From assembly GCF_964204865.1 (NCBI RefSeq), contig NC_135259.1, positions 5,766,001-5,830,000 on the forward strand: DNA of 64,000 nt, read 5' to 3'. Each line of letters begins with the position of its first letter. Within the stretch, counting starts at the first letter, position 1. Below are positions 1 to 12,700 of this stretch, one piece after another. Both the position numbers and the translations under genes were made by a program. The notes under the pieces are model-generated. The model saw only the letters and a program-made list of their open reading frames with translations. It searched no databases and was not told where the DNA came from. This DNA comes from Styela clava (Eukaryota).

Positions 1-523
1 TTCGTCTTTCGCTCTGAAAAAGGCTCTGCAGAAGCAGCCACTGACAGGTTAGGGGCTGCTATACTTTGGAATAACCAGGAATCCTTCGGTTCGGTACTGC
101 TCACCCAATTTATTTCGCTCTTGGTAAGATGGTGGGCATGGGATTAGATCTCAGTATGTAAACCTGCCTTTAGTGATGCCTCAATTAAGTCTATTGTCTT
201 AGCCTCTTAGGCCACTACACACACTACTTGAATGATTGTGGATTCATTGTTTCCTCGCTCAGTCAATTTGGTTTGCCATTTTTTTTTATTATAATCTAAG
301 GAAATTTGGGTAACTTTGTGGGTAGTTGATCATATTCAATATGAAGGCTATCCTTGAAGAGGTTGGAAAGCCTGAAAAGAAAAGAAATTAAATATACGAT
401 GAACTAAACATCTAGTTACCAGTCGAAATGGGTATAAATAATAGTTATCCAGTTGATCATTCCTGATGGTGATTATGAATTTTGTTTTATTTATGTAGTT
501 AATTTTCCATTCCTGTTTTTCAG

Positions 524-1031
524 ATTACTATACTTTAGTACTGACGACTTTGATGCTCCAATTCGAGAAAGAAGGTTGCATGACCATTTAGTGCCAGATG
601 TGTTAGAATATGAAACTGGTTATGATCCAGAAGTTATAAAAAAATTGAAAGAAATAGGACATTATGTAAGTTGATTGATATCATTATATTCTCAATAAAT
701 TTATTTTCAATACTTTCAATTTTGAAAAAATCTTAGTTTTGTCAATTTCTATTGCTATATAGAAATCTGTGCAATCTGTATGCGGGTGCTAAAGTCTGTG
801 GGTGTAAATGTCAGTGGGTACAATAGTACGCAGGTACAATTTCCATGTACAAATGTATGTGAGTGCATACGTGCTGTCACCGATTTATTAATATGTTTCT
901 GACTTATTACTTACAAACAGGTGAAAATTATGGATGGTGAAAGTCACGTTAATGGTATAAAATATCACACGTCTCACATTCATGCATTCTCTGATCTAAG
1001 AAATGAAGGTGCAGGACCAAGTGGTTGGTGA
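524..1031 (+). CDS. Gamma-glutamyltranspeptidase (glutathione hydrolase) family gene, last two coding exons; 5' part lies outside the window
   Basis: Exon 524-665 (cag|...|gtaagt) encodes LLYFSTDDFDAPIRERRLHDHLVPDVLEYETGYDPEVIKKLKEIGHY. Exon 921-1031 encodes VKIMDGESHVNGIKYHTSHIHAFSDLRNEGAGPSGW*. This matches the GGT C-terminus (RLH, L..GH, SDxR..G) and has the same exon boundaries as the two - strand paralogues. Confidence 0.9.
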
Positions 1032-4000
1032 CGAAAAGCAGAACCTCAAATTCAACAGAATTTTAAAGGATTATTAAGTTAAAAAAATTGTTTTTGAGAT
1101 TCATTTTCTTATAAAAACAATTCTTATTGTTTTTAATTGAACTTTTAATATGGTAAAACATTGGTGTTGTTTTATGGTATGGTTGTCCACTGTTAGTATT
1201 TGATTGTTAAAATATTTTACGATACTTTTACTAACCAGCTTCAAATATTATATTTTATCCAACCCTAGTGCACTAAAATTATGATGTATGATACGTTTTG
1301 AAAAACTTGACAGTTCGTGACTTTTGACACAAAGCAGTCTTATCTTCGTGAATGTTGCAAATTTTGAGAAGCACAATTCGTTGATAGTTAACAGTTTGAA
1401 AAACAATATCCGGTTCAAGTTTTTTTTTTAATTTTTGTTGTAATTTCGTTCCGTGGGACTAAAAGCCAATAAAACAAATGAAACAGAGTCCATATCATGA
1501 TAGACTATGATTTCATCAATGAAGCTTTGTGAGACCATATTGTAAGTGCTAGTTGACATGTCACATGCGCTCACAGTGCTGGGATGATGCTAGACAACTT
1601 CATGGGATTTTCAACTGTTCCACACACGCAAATGTAGTCTCAGTTTCAGATTTACAACCAGTGTTTTCAAATTTTATTGTGTATTTTCTTGAAATTTTTC
1701 AATTTTATATACTAGAAGAGCATTGCAAAAAGTCTTTGAATCAAATTCAATCATACGCTAATTTGGCATGTTTTTTTCTAATCCAAAGAATTATGAAGTA
1801 TTTTAAAAAATAATTTCAACAGATATATTCTTGAATAGGAAGTGCTGTCATCAGCATAACACAGATGGATTGGACAGTATTGTCATCAAGTATATGCTAT
1901 ATGTTATTAGCTTGAGATTTTTGACTGATTTCGTGCACTAAATTTTATATTTATTATCACTTTTTCTATTATTTTAAATTATTGTCTAGTTCAGAGTTTG
2001 GCAATTAACTCAATATGAAAAACAGTTCATTTACGAGAGCTAGTCCCACTGCTAGGCTAACGTTTATATAATGATAAGAGACACAATGTAACAATCGGGG
2101 TCAATATGACATTATTTTCATTGATATTTTTAATGAAAATTTATATCCATAAGGAGTATAGCCATAGTTTCAGCCGACACAAGTGAGCCATATTTGGCCC
2201 ACTGGCTGTAATTTTCCCACCCTTGGTCTTGTTGCATTATAGAAGTATTCAACTTTTAATGTTCTTCATAACTTTGGAATGTTTGCCCTGAGCACTTGAG
2301 CTTCCACCTGTGATACCAATATATCAGCTAGCATGCCAACCACCAGACAAGGTCTTTACTGTTTTTTTTACAATTTGTGCTTGATTTGAGATTGAAAGTA
2401 AAATTTTCATTTGTTAATTATTACTAACGATTTTAAACCGCTGAATACTTGAACTTTTTAAAATCTTGAAGTGACTATTTTCTCGCCATCTTGGATATTA
2501 AGATATTACTTTTTGGAAATGCTTGTGTGCCACTAGCTAGGTTGCAAACTTAGTAGCGTTTTGTTGTTTGAGTTTAGAACAAAGTATATTCAGAATCTTA
2601 ATATATTTTTCATATAATGATCCATTGGTGCTAATAATATCTTACAAGGACATCAAAACATAGCTTCTACTGAATTGCTAATAAAGTCAACTTTTTGTGG
2701 TGTCATCATCTTTGACACCAACCTCTTCTAAGAAATTTTGATTTGTGATTTGTAAACATTTTTTGCAACTTGGTCCCATTTGGAATGTGCAGGGTGACCC
2801 CAAAACAGAACCCACATGTCTAAACTATAAGGAAAATTAATTCAACAGTTGATTTTGGTATGACACCCAAAAGTTATAGTTAGTTATTATTATTATGCGT
2901 TATACAATAGTTATTGTACTGTTTTTTAGAGGTTCAACCTGTATTATTTATACTAGTTTCAAAAAATCTGGTTTTAAGCATTCAGATAAATTGATTTTCC
3001 AGTCTTAACCATCCAGTGGCATTTTATGGGATATTAGAGTACTGAGGTATTATCTAGGAAAAAGCATTGGGATGGTTTCACAAATATGGCCTCCAATCTT
3101 GGTGATTTCCTTGTCCTGTTTGTATTACTCATTCTTTTGGTCTTTAATCTTTTATGGAAATCCTGCATCCTTTTATGTTATGCAATTTTTAATTCTGAAT
3201 ATTTCATCCTTATGAATTGCATATTTAAAGTTGTTAAGTTAAAGTATTACTTCAAGTGTTGCAGAATGTAGTAAACTACTATTCTGACAAAAAAAAAACT
3301 CAATCAGCAATCGGAAATGATTACTTGCTTGCTACCTAGGATCCAACCAGTGTTCACTTAATGAAAATCATAGCACTAATATGATTCTCAATATTTAGCT
3401 AAGAGCTTATTGATGTACATTTTCTGTTCCATGTGCTTTGGTTTTAAAATATTTTGACTTTGTGTATTAGTTTTTGTTAGAAAATCATACATGTGAAGGT
3501 TGAGAAAAATTTAACTATAACGATGGTGTAAATTTTGTAATTTCAACAAATTATATCATTTTAAAAATTTATTTCATACATTTATTTTTTCAAAAGTATA
3601 CCTCAACGTACACACACAAAAATATTTCAACTTTTTGGCAGAGTAAACATTTTGTTGGATGTTGAATGATTGGTATTGTAAGTCAAAGTCTGTCTACCTG
3701 GTTTATTCGCTGATATCATATTGCAGTTTTGATTACAGTAATCACTTATGCTTACTCAAAGACAGATAACATTTACTAGTACTCTACTAATGAATTTGTA
3801 TAATGTAAAGTAGTACTATAATTATTTTTGTTCTGTGATCATGTTAATATTGCTCATTTTTTTCTGAGAGTAGGTAATTTATCAAGTGTTTTAATTTTTC
3901 AAAAAGTTGTTCTACTATTAGAAATGAGGTTTGATTTTGAATTCTGTTGTCTTCCAGACTAATTCCTAATTAAATTTAAACATATAATAATGAAAGAATG

Positions 4001-4319
4001 AAAATTGTCTAATTATTTAATGATCAGATCTGTGTTGGGAATATCTGGAAATGCGGAAAACTGTTCTTCCGCGTCGAACGCCAGGAACAGAGTTTCCACC
4101 GCACTGATGATAAACTTGATGCATGGCCTTGACATCCGAATTCAGTGATAGATATCATTTGAATTTAAAGACCAAAAAAATCTTTACGAATGTAAGTCGG
4201 GTCTCATTTAGTTCACAATTATCAAAAAACACTACTAATATATACTAACCACACTAATATATATCCCTCATGTAAGAGGTTAGTTACAATATTATGAAGC
4301 AATTCAGATAGCAAACAAC

Positions 4320-4425
4320 TTGTCCCACGTGGTACTAGTGGAACAAGTCGGACACGTGGAACAAGTAAAACACGTGGTACAAGAGGAACATGACATTTTG
4401 GTGACACCTCTTATCTGCCACGTGA
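4320..4425. repeat. Short degenerate 9/18-bp tandem repeat carrying four CACGTG E-boxes
   Basis: cacgtggtac/cacgtggaac units, with CACGTG at 4326, 4353, 4371 and 4419. Confidence 0.6.
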
Positions 4426-4784
4426 GGCTTTCCCAAATCTAGAATTGATTCCTAATCATTTTAGATAGCCATGCACCATAATTAGCAGCATAAATCACTG
4501 TTAAAATGGATTTCATATTTGAAAATGTGTCTTGGAATTATGTTGTTCTTGTGAGCAGTTTTAACCGTTTTCTGCTGCAGCGATCGGCCGTGTTTTTTTC
4601 GTTATTCGCCATTCGATTAGATATTTGGTTGTATCAATTAGGATTATAATCTTGTTAATATCTTGTACCGGTTGATTGGGGTTGAAAGAAATTCAACTGT
4701 TGGATTTCTTTCTTGGAATAATGCGATATACCAATACACTGGATTTAACTAGTAACATACATCTAATTAACCATAACTAACAGG

Positions 4785-5560
4785 GTGGATTATCCTGTTG
4801 CGGTCGTCGGGCAATATGACATCCAAGGTAAGCGACCATGCTCTGTGGTCTCAGAGGTGAGTGAAAATATCGCTTTACCATCCATTTTAGATATACTTTC
4901 GAACTCTTCAACCACTGAAGCATACGCGAAAGAACTCACTGCTCTATATGAGACGCGTCCTCGGTTCTGGGTCCTATAATTTTGACACTGGACACCAACG
5001 ATACGAATAAGTCCAAAAGAGACGACTTTCTGTGGGACAACAGGGAAATCCTATTCGCAGGAAGTGTAAGCACACAATTCTTACCTCCGACGCGTATTAG
5101 TTTAAAAGGCGAGTCTGATGAGACAAAGCGCCAAGCTGTACTCGACTAAATGCGGTGAGACACGAAATATAAACGAGCTGTATCCCCGAGGAACGTTTCT
5201 GTACAATGAGTAGCCTACATCGCGGCTTGAATCACCGACTTCGACCAGGCCAAGCCTCCATCCTTCCTCGACATCGATGGAGCGCCGTGCAAGACATACT
5301 TACCAACAGAATTGCACAGGTCATTCTACCTGAATTGCTTAGAATCTGGTTACACTGCACTGAACTGTAGCAAGCCAAAACAATGTCGCCTGTTCCTAGG
5401 CGAGGGCCACATTCAGTCGAAGTTTCCTAGGAAGCCAGAAAACCAGGATTCCTTAAAATCCTGGCTGAAAGCCACTGTCGTAAATAAGCGTCAAGCCATG
5501 AACCAGTATAGTCCCGGAAAAATAAAGCCCAGAGGTCAACCAACCTCAAGGTACTCGTTT
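4785..5560 (+). mobile_element. Decayed non-LTR retrotransposon ORF1/gag-like relic (Tx1/L1-like) with degenerate CCHC zinc knuckles
   Basis: GC-richer island with stops and frameshifts. Translates to ...KPPSFLDIDGAPCKTYLP...YLNCLESGYTALNC...CRLFLGEGHIQSKF, i.e. two eroded CX2CX4HX4C knuckles. Confidence 0.6.
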
Positions 5561-6710
5561 GTACTGGACTACTACTTGTCATTTCAGGGTAGGTCTTATT
5601 TTCGGGGAAACACGGTATATGATGGTAGTGATGGTACACAGATATATATGTTTATACCGTGAGATAGAATTTATATATATTTCTTGGTTTCTTGATGAAT
5701 AACACTCCCAATGCTGAATAATATATATATATATTAAACTAAATTTAAGAGGATTTTGGTTAATGTCAATCGATAAAACTAATATTTTGGGTTTCGGCAT
5801 TTTACTTTTTTACCCAGACAAAGCAAACTTACTGTAATACAAGGGCAGTTTGCCAATTAGTTTTGACGAACGTTCTACGAAGTGATCAGATATATAGCCA
5901 CCTTAAAATTCAATATGAAGTCTGCGATCATACGTCATCACAAAATAGTAGTTAATGTTTTTCTCGCCGAATTTGGGGACTCTATGGTCAATAGATAAGA
6001 ACCCTAATATCCAATTTTAATATATTCTGCAGTCATCAGCATTGTTAGATAAACTTTAAAAGCAGTCAAGAATAGGTTGATTGGTTATCTGATTGTAGAA
6101 TTGTGCTGGACATCCCGGACACAGAACTCGACAATGAGCTTCAGGATATTTAGGACAAGAAGCACCGAGGCATCCTCTAGTACAAAGGCCGATTGAGTTT
6201 ATTCCAGGCTGACAAGTTGCTAAAGAAAAAATAAAAATGCTCAGTATTATGTGTTAAAAAAAAAAATATGCACATGTTTAAAAAGTAGTAATTGAGGTGT
6301 ATCCTAAATTTTTAAAATTCCACTTTAAAACATTAGAAACATCTTTCGCAAATTTTATTTGTAGTGATGCCTGATTTTAAAAAAAACATCGTTTCATCGT
6401 ATGGAATTAATCGTAAAAATTTATATAAATTTACTAAATATGTATATATATATATATATATTTACGGATATATTCTGGTCAAGTCGTCATTAAATTCATA
6501 AAACCGAGGCTTAAATTTGCAATGCCAAATGAGTTTGACTGTGATCATTCCGAAAATAAAACTATAAAATCTTATGTTCCGACGAACACAATTATAATAC
6601 AATAGCTCAGGCTAATATAGGATTATTTGTCAAGTTTATATCTGGGACAGCTCGTAAATAAAATAAGGTTCTACTATTTAGATAGTGAATAGATATATAT
6701 AAAACTAAGA

Positions 6711-9700
6711 TTAAAAAATACTCAGAATATCAACTGCATTCAACGAACTTTTTTCTCTACATGGCAGTCGTCGTCCAAATCTATCGAAAAACTGTAAATA
6801 GCATGTTTGACCACAACCGTACACACGACACTGAGCTTGTGGGAAGTTCGCACATCCAACTCCGTTGCACATATATCCACCACAATAATGGTTTGGTTGA
6901 CTACCCGGTGGACATGTACCTTAGTAGATTCAAAAACATAAGGAAATTGTCAGATTCAAATAAGTTTCATTTCATGGATCATTGCACCATTATCCTTGAA
7001 TTTTTAATAATGCGTAATGAATTCGGTAATACATGCGATATGTTTGTAAATTACTTTACAATTCTATATGAACCGCGATATATATAGTTCCAAATGCTGA
7101 AAACAAATTGATGGGAACCTAATATGAGAAAATATGAAAATATTTACTAACATCGGCTTGTAATATCATGTTTGAGATTGGATGGATTAATGAAATATGC
7201 TCTACATCCATTACAGCTTGTTCTGCACACTGCATTGAGAAACGTTGGACAACTGGTGTGGCTGCAAGCGTTTACGTTACATCTTGGACATACAGGCCGA
7301 GATGCGGGACGCTGCCGTCTGTTTCCATTGGCAAGCAAGAGAGCAAGCACTGCTGCTTTATTCAGGTCTAAAACAATTTTTAAATATAAACAAAAAATAT
7401 TTTAATTAATACCTGTGACAAACATAATATGGTTATGCCGTTGTAGATTTTGATTTGCTGTTCAGCAATATTTATTCACTAGCATTAACTACAACAAAAC
7501 AAGATCATTTTCTAAATCAGCAGAAAATTTTCACTTACTTAGAAATGGCTTTTTGGTATCGTCTTTAATTTTTTTACATGTCAGTCCGCATGAACTCTTA
7601 CAACAAAGTTCTGATTCTTTACAATCTGAATTTGTTTCACAATTATCAACGCAAGTTGATGGTTCTAGAGCATCTTCACATCTTGGATCGAAAACTAAAC
7701 ATCAAGAATTATGTCAATATCAGCTAACAGACATGCATAAAAAAATATTTGCATTATGCCACATTATGTTACAGTTCATTAATTGAAAGTAAATTAGAAA
7801 CTATAACATCTGTTGTAAGCAGATAATATTTGTTAACTTAATGTGATAGCAAAAAAACTTTAGTGTTTTAGCAAGTCATGTCTTTAAACAAGTTAAAATT
7901 CACAATTGAAAGTTGATGACAATTGAGTCTCTTAATTGCAAATGAATGAGATATATCCGACAGAATGTAAATAAAAAATTTCGTTTTTGTAATTTTCCCT
8001 CATTTCCTATTAAATTTTTATTTAAATTGGATTTGCAGAACTTACGTTTGCATTTCGGAACTAGAGCTGACCATTGTCCATTAGCTCGACATGTTATTTC
8101 ATCTTCTCCGTAAAGTATCAACGGGAAATTGCATTTGAAGCTAAATATATAAATATATTATTTGGAAAAAGGTAAACGTTTTAACGCTTATTTGAATTAG
8201 TCAATATATGAAGAATAATAAAGTATAGAAATCACGATATTGCAAAAGTAGAATGCTGTAAGCAAAAATTAGAATTTTGTTGATAACTGACGTGCATTCA
8301 CTGGAATACTCCCATCCGTCTGAACAATCAACAGTCCCGCCTTCTAATGATAATTCCGGACAAAAGACATCTAAACAAAAGATATTATATTACAAAGAGT
8401 CAATATATAGACAGAAAGAAAATTTTTAAACAACAGAACCCGCCAATATGTCCACGGAATCCCATTAACAAAGCATGCAACATTTTACCTAAACATGTTG
8501 GTTCAATATCATCCCACATTCCATTTTCTTGGCAAGTTAGTGTTTCTGATCCTTTCAGTTCGTAGCCATCCTTGCACCTGAAGCTAAAACAAGCCACAAT
8601 CCATTGTAACGAAAATACTTAACCTGACTCGGCTGATTAGCTATTCCAAGATTTTATCTAACATTTCTAGGTAATACCTCGTAATTCCAAATTCGAGTTC
8701 TATTTATAAATGTATGTATATATGTTAATTTGCCTCAAAAATGCAACAGGATCTGCATAATAATTGAACAAAATAACAAAAACAGGATACATGCCCAATA
8801 TCTTATTGGCCTAAGACACAGTTGTGCAACGTTGAATAATAGGATTCACTTATTTATCCCGGGGAGCAGAAAAGCCGTCAAGGCGGCTTAGTCATATGGT
8901 GAACCCCTGCCTCTCGTCCAATAACCAGTTCATGTCGGGTATGGGGTTGGTTAGGCAGTTATTTTGTTTTCAGATGCATTAACGTGATGATGGATATTTT
9001 TGGGCTATAACCATAACAGATCTATAAAAAGTGTCGATGACATTTTTGATTGTCAAATTGTATTTTACTATTGCCATACTAGCACCAGAGTTTTCTTCCT
9101 TTATCCTAGTATACAAAACCTTGAGAAAATACCTGCAAGTACTTGGGTAACTGAAACCAGAAGGATTGCAAGCCATTAGTCCAGGCTGGTTGCTGAAATC
9201 AAGTTCAAGACAAACTATTCCTGAAATACAGAAATATTTTCCGCTGATTTTCTTGACGAGATAATTAAATTGTTTCATACTTGGTAATATTATTACTCTA
9301 CTTACTTTCACACTCGAGAGGTGGATCACTCCATTGTCCATCGGCCATGCACTGTGATTGAGAATTCTTTTCTCTGAAACCTGGTCTGCACTCGACCCTG
9401 AAAGCGTATGATTCATTGAATAAATAATTTCCAGCGTGTTGCAACGTGCCTTATTACCTTTTTTAAAACAAGATTTAACATAGTTTGTCTTCAAATACAC
9501 CGTCATGTGAGTGAAATGAACGAATGTACATGGATGCTTTCCCGAGCGTCGATTTCCTTGTTTCTATTCGTGAATATCACCAATCAGCAAAAAGTCTATG
9601 ATGACGTAACATCTCTATTTTGCAGCAACTCAGTTCAGACACTTCGATTTCTAGGGATGTGCCGGGATTCGAATCTGGACTCAGATTGGAGTCGAATCCA

Positions 9701-12700
9701 GGCATATTTTGGACTCGGATTCGATTTCGAGTCCACGTCATTTTTTATCGAGAATATAATCAATTCCGTTTTTACTAATTTACGCTTATATTTCTACTTT
9801 TGCCTCTATGAATCTCACTACATACCTTAACTAGTTAAAATTCAAGGTTATATCTGTAAAAATATCCCTCGTGTGTATTATAAACACTCCTAATAAAAAC
9901 GACCACAGATATCCAGATAATATAACGCAAGTTAAAAACTATTGATCGCTTTTAACAATGATGTCGCGCCAGTCGCCTTCAACCTATCTATCCTTTTTGG
10001 TATACATGTGGTACATAATAAAATATGGGTTAGCCCAAGTTTTTGATTTGCGTAGAAATGATGAACATGCTCTGGAGTCTTGATCAAACCAATGGGGTAT
10101 TTCATCAACACCTCTTTTAAAACGAGTTTATTACGTGCAATCCTTTCTCTAAAAAGGGAGCAATGGCATGAAGAGTTCTAGAACGTTTACATGAAATACA
10201 AAATTGCAAGCATATGTACCACATTGTATTGACGACGAGCGGCATTTTTCTACCATTTACGCACGTGAGATAGTAAATTTACGGCTAGAAATATCTGGAA
10301 TTATGGGGAAGCATTGTGGTAAGAAGCTTTTTATTTTTCATATTGACATGTAAGAGTTTCTGTATAGCCGACAAAAATTGACGCAAGGTGGTGGGCTGGA
10401 AATCCAGTTCGTAGCCAAGGCGCACATTAACCCACGTTTACGTTTGCATTATGGCCGCCAAAAAAGAGAAAAAATATATTTTCAAAATGATTCAACAGTT
10501 ATCTGCGGAACCATTAGGCAAAAAATATGAGCTACAGCGTATGTTTGGGAGCGTACATTGCTGTAGCATGATCAAAAACGTGTTTTTCTGCTTTTACATT
10601 GTGACGTCACGCACTCGGAGGATTTGATTCGAGTCTTTGACTTATTACTCGGATTCGTCGAATCACTGTAATGCCGGACTCGTCCCATCCCTATCGATTT
10701 CTCAGACAGATAATCAAGCATTGCTGTTAGCATTGCCCTATTTTCGCGGTTTTGCATGTTATTTTTCATATGAGCGTCAGTTTAGTTACAATAATCAAAA
10801 ATGAGTCCCGGAAAAGCTGCGATAGGATAACCTAAAATTAGATATTACTGCATATAAACGTCACGGGGTTGTATGTTTCAATGAAAACAATGGTTTTGAG
10901 CATGTAAATCAGTTAATAAGTGTCAACGATCCGAAACACACTCAAAATGAGCATCCAAAATTTTGCACTGGTAAAGTATAGGGAGAATTTCAGGGGTTGG
11001 GGAAACCTGCATTAGTTCCAGAACCAGTGCTCTGAAATTACCACCGCTATTTTTCAGTGTTACGTGCAACATTTGTTTTACCAGCTGAACATGTTCTGTT
11101 GAAATTGCATTCATCACTCGCAGAACTTGTATAACTGTTGCAACATGTAATTGGTTGGCCCTAGCTCGTATCGGTTAGTTTATTATGATACAAATCTTAA
11201 ATTATGAGTGTATCAAGTGCTGGTAATATAGGGTGCGTGTGGTGCACTTGATAAACTTGGTAAACGTCATTTATAGCACGTCGTTTTATTAGTTGTCGAC
11301 GGAGTATTGACTTGTTAAACAAAAATCTTGCATATTTTAATTTGTATGAATACTACAGATGGATTACACGTTAAAAAATGACAGAATTGGGCGGATGTTG
11401 ATATATCGGAATATCTAAGTTTTTGATTACCAGATATCGTCATTGACGTTTATGCCCGTCGGGCAAAACGCATTTTGAATTCTGTTGTCTATCTGAGACT
11501 AACTTGATGTGGACATGAAAGAACTTATTGCTTCTCAGGGAGAATATTTGACAAAACTGGTGAAAATATCTGGAGTGTACAATGAAATATATAATCTTAA
11601 GATAAAACGAAGACTATAATCAAGAAATACTTATTGCTGTTCTTGCTGAAGTGACTGAATAGGTATTTTTCGTAACATTGTGAAATGATAAGGTGAACAA
11701 TTAGTACGACTTACGAGCAGGTTTTCTGATATGTTGTATCCTCACATTTAGATTCCCCGTTTATAATATCCGGATAATTTCCGCAGTTAACAGCTGAAAT
11801 GGAGATATGAACGCAGTTTACATCGCAGTTTCGTAAACGATATGTGCGACATATTCGATTTAAATAGGTTTATAAAAGTGATTTCTTACGTTGACATGAC
11901 GTTGGCATATTTCCAGACCAATTTTGATCCGCTTCACAAGTCATTGTCAACCCTGGCACGTCAGGCTCGTAACCGGGTTCGCACTCAAAACTATATTGAA
12001 ATAAAGAAATTGAAATACTATTAAAAATCTTCCTTTTTAAATAAATTAAAATTCAAGTGAAAATATTATACAAGTATTATAATTACATTCAGGAGTCTTT
12101 CATTAAACGGAAATTGAAATGGTATTGCGTACTCTCACATCTGGAAACTAAAACTATTGTATAATCGAACATATATATATGAAGCGAGCGGCGAGAATGA
12201 TTTAGTTTAGATTTAATACACATCCCTGTCGACGGCATTTACAGAATAAAATATTATCCGGTTACCTGCATTCAGTTCCGTAATCAATTGTGTTCGGTGG
12301 ATCGCAAGCAACAGATCCAGCAGGAAAAGTTAGCGGCTGGCACATTACAGCTGAATAAATAGCATAGATATTGTGAATAGTGCGGAGGGTTAAAAATTGA
12401 AAGCTGCAACAATTTGCATATTTACTCATCCATGATTGTTTTGATCAGAAAAGCCACTAAAAATGTTTAATATATAGAATGACCGAATAAAGTTTTAATA
12501 TAATGATATCATGAACTTTAACAGCACTGTTTTGGAAATGTTTTTATTTAATGTGAATACTATAATCCCGTCAAACTTCGACTCCCTCACCTCCGCAAAC
12601 TGGCATAATTCCACTCCATTGCTCATCTTCTTGACAAACTCTTACAATATCACCCGATATTTTTTGTTTACCCAAAGGACAGATGAAACTAGAAATAAAA

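Noticed and set aside
1553-4407. Short ORFs in the supplied track
   Set aside because: Low-complexity AT-rich translations with no domain motifs or exon chain. The 4222-4407 ORF just reads through the E-box repeat.
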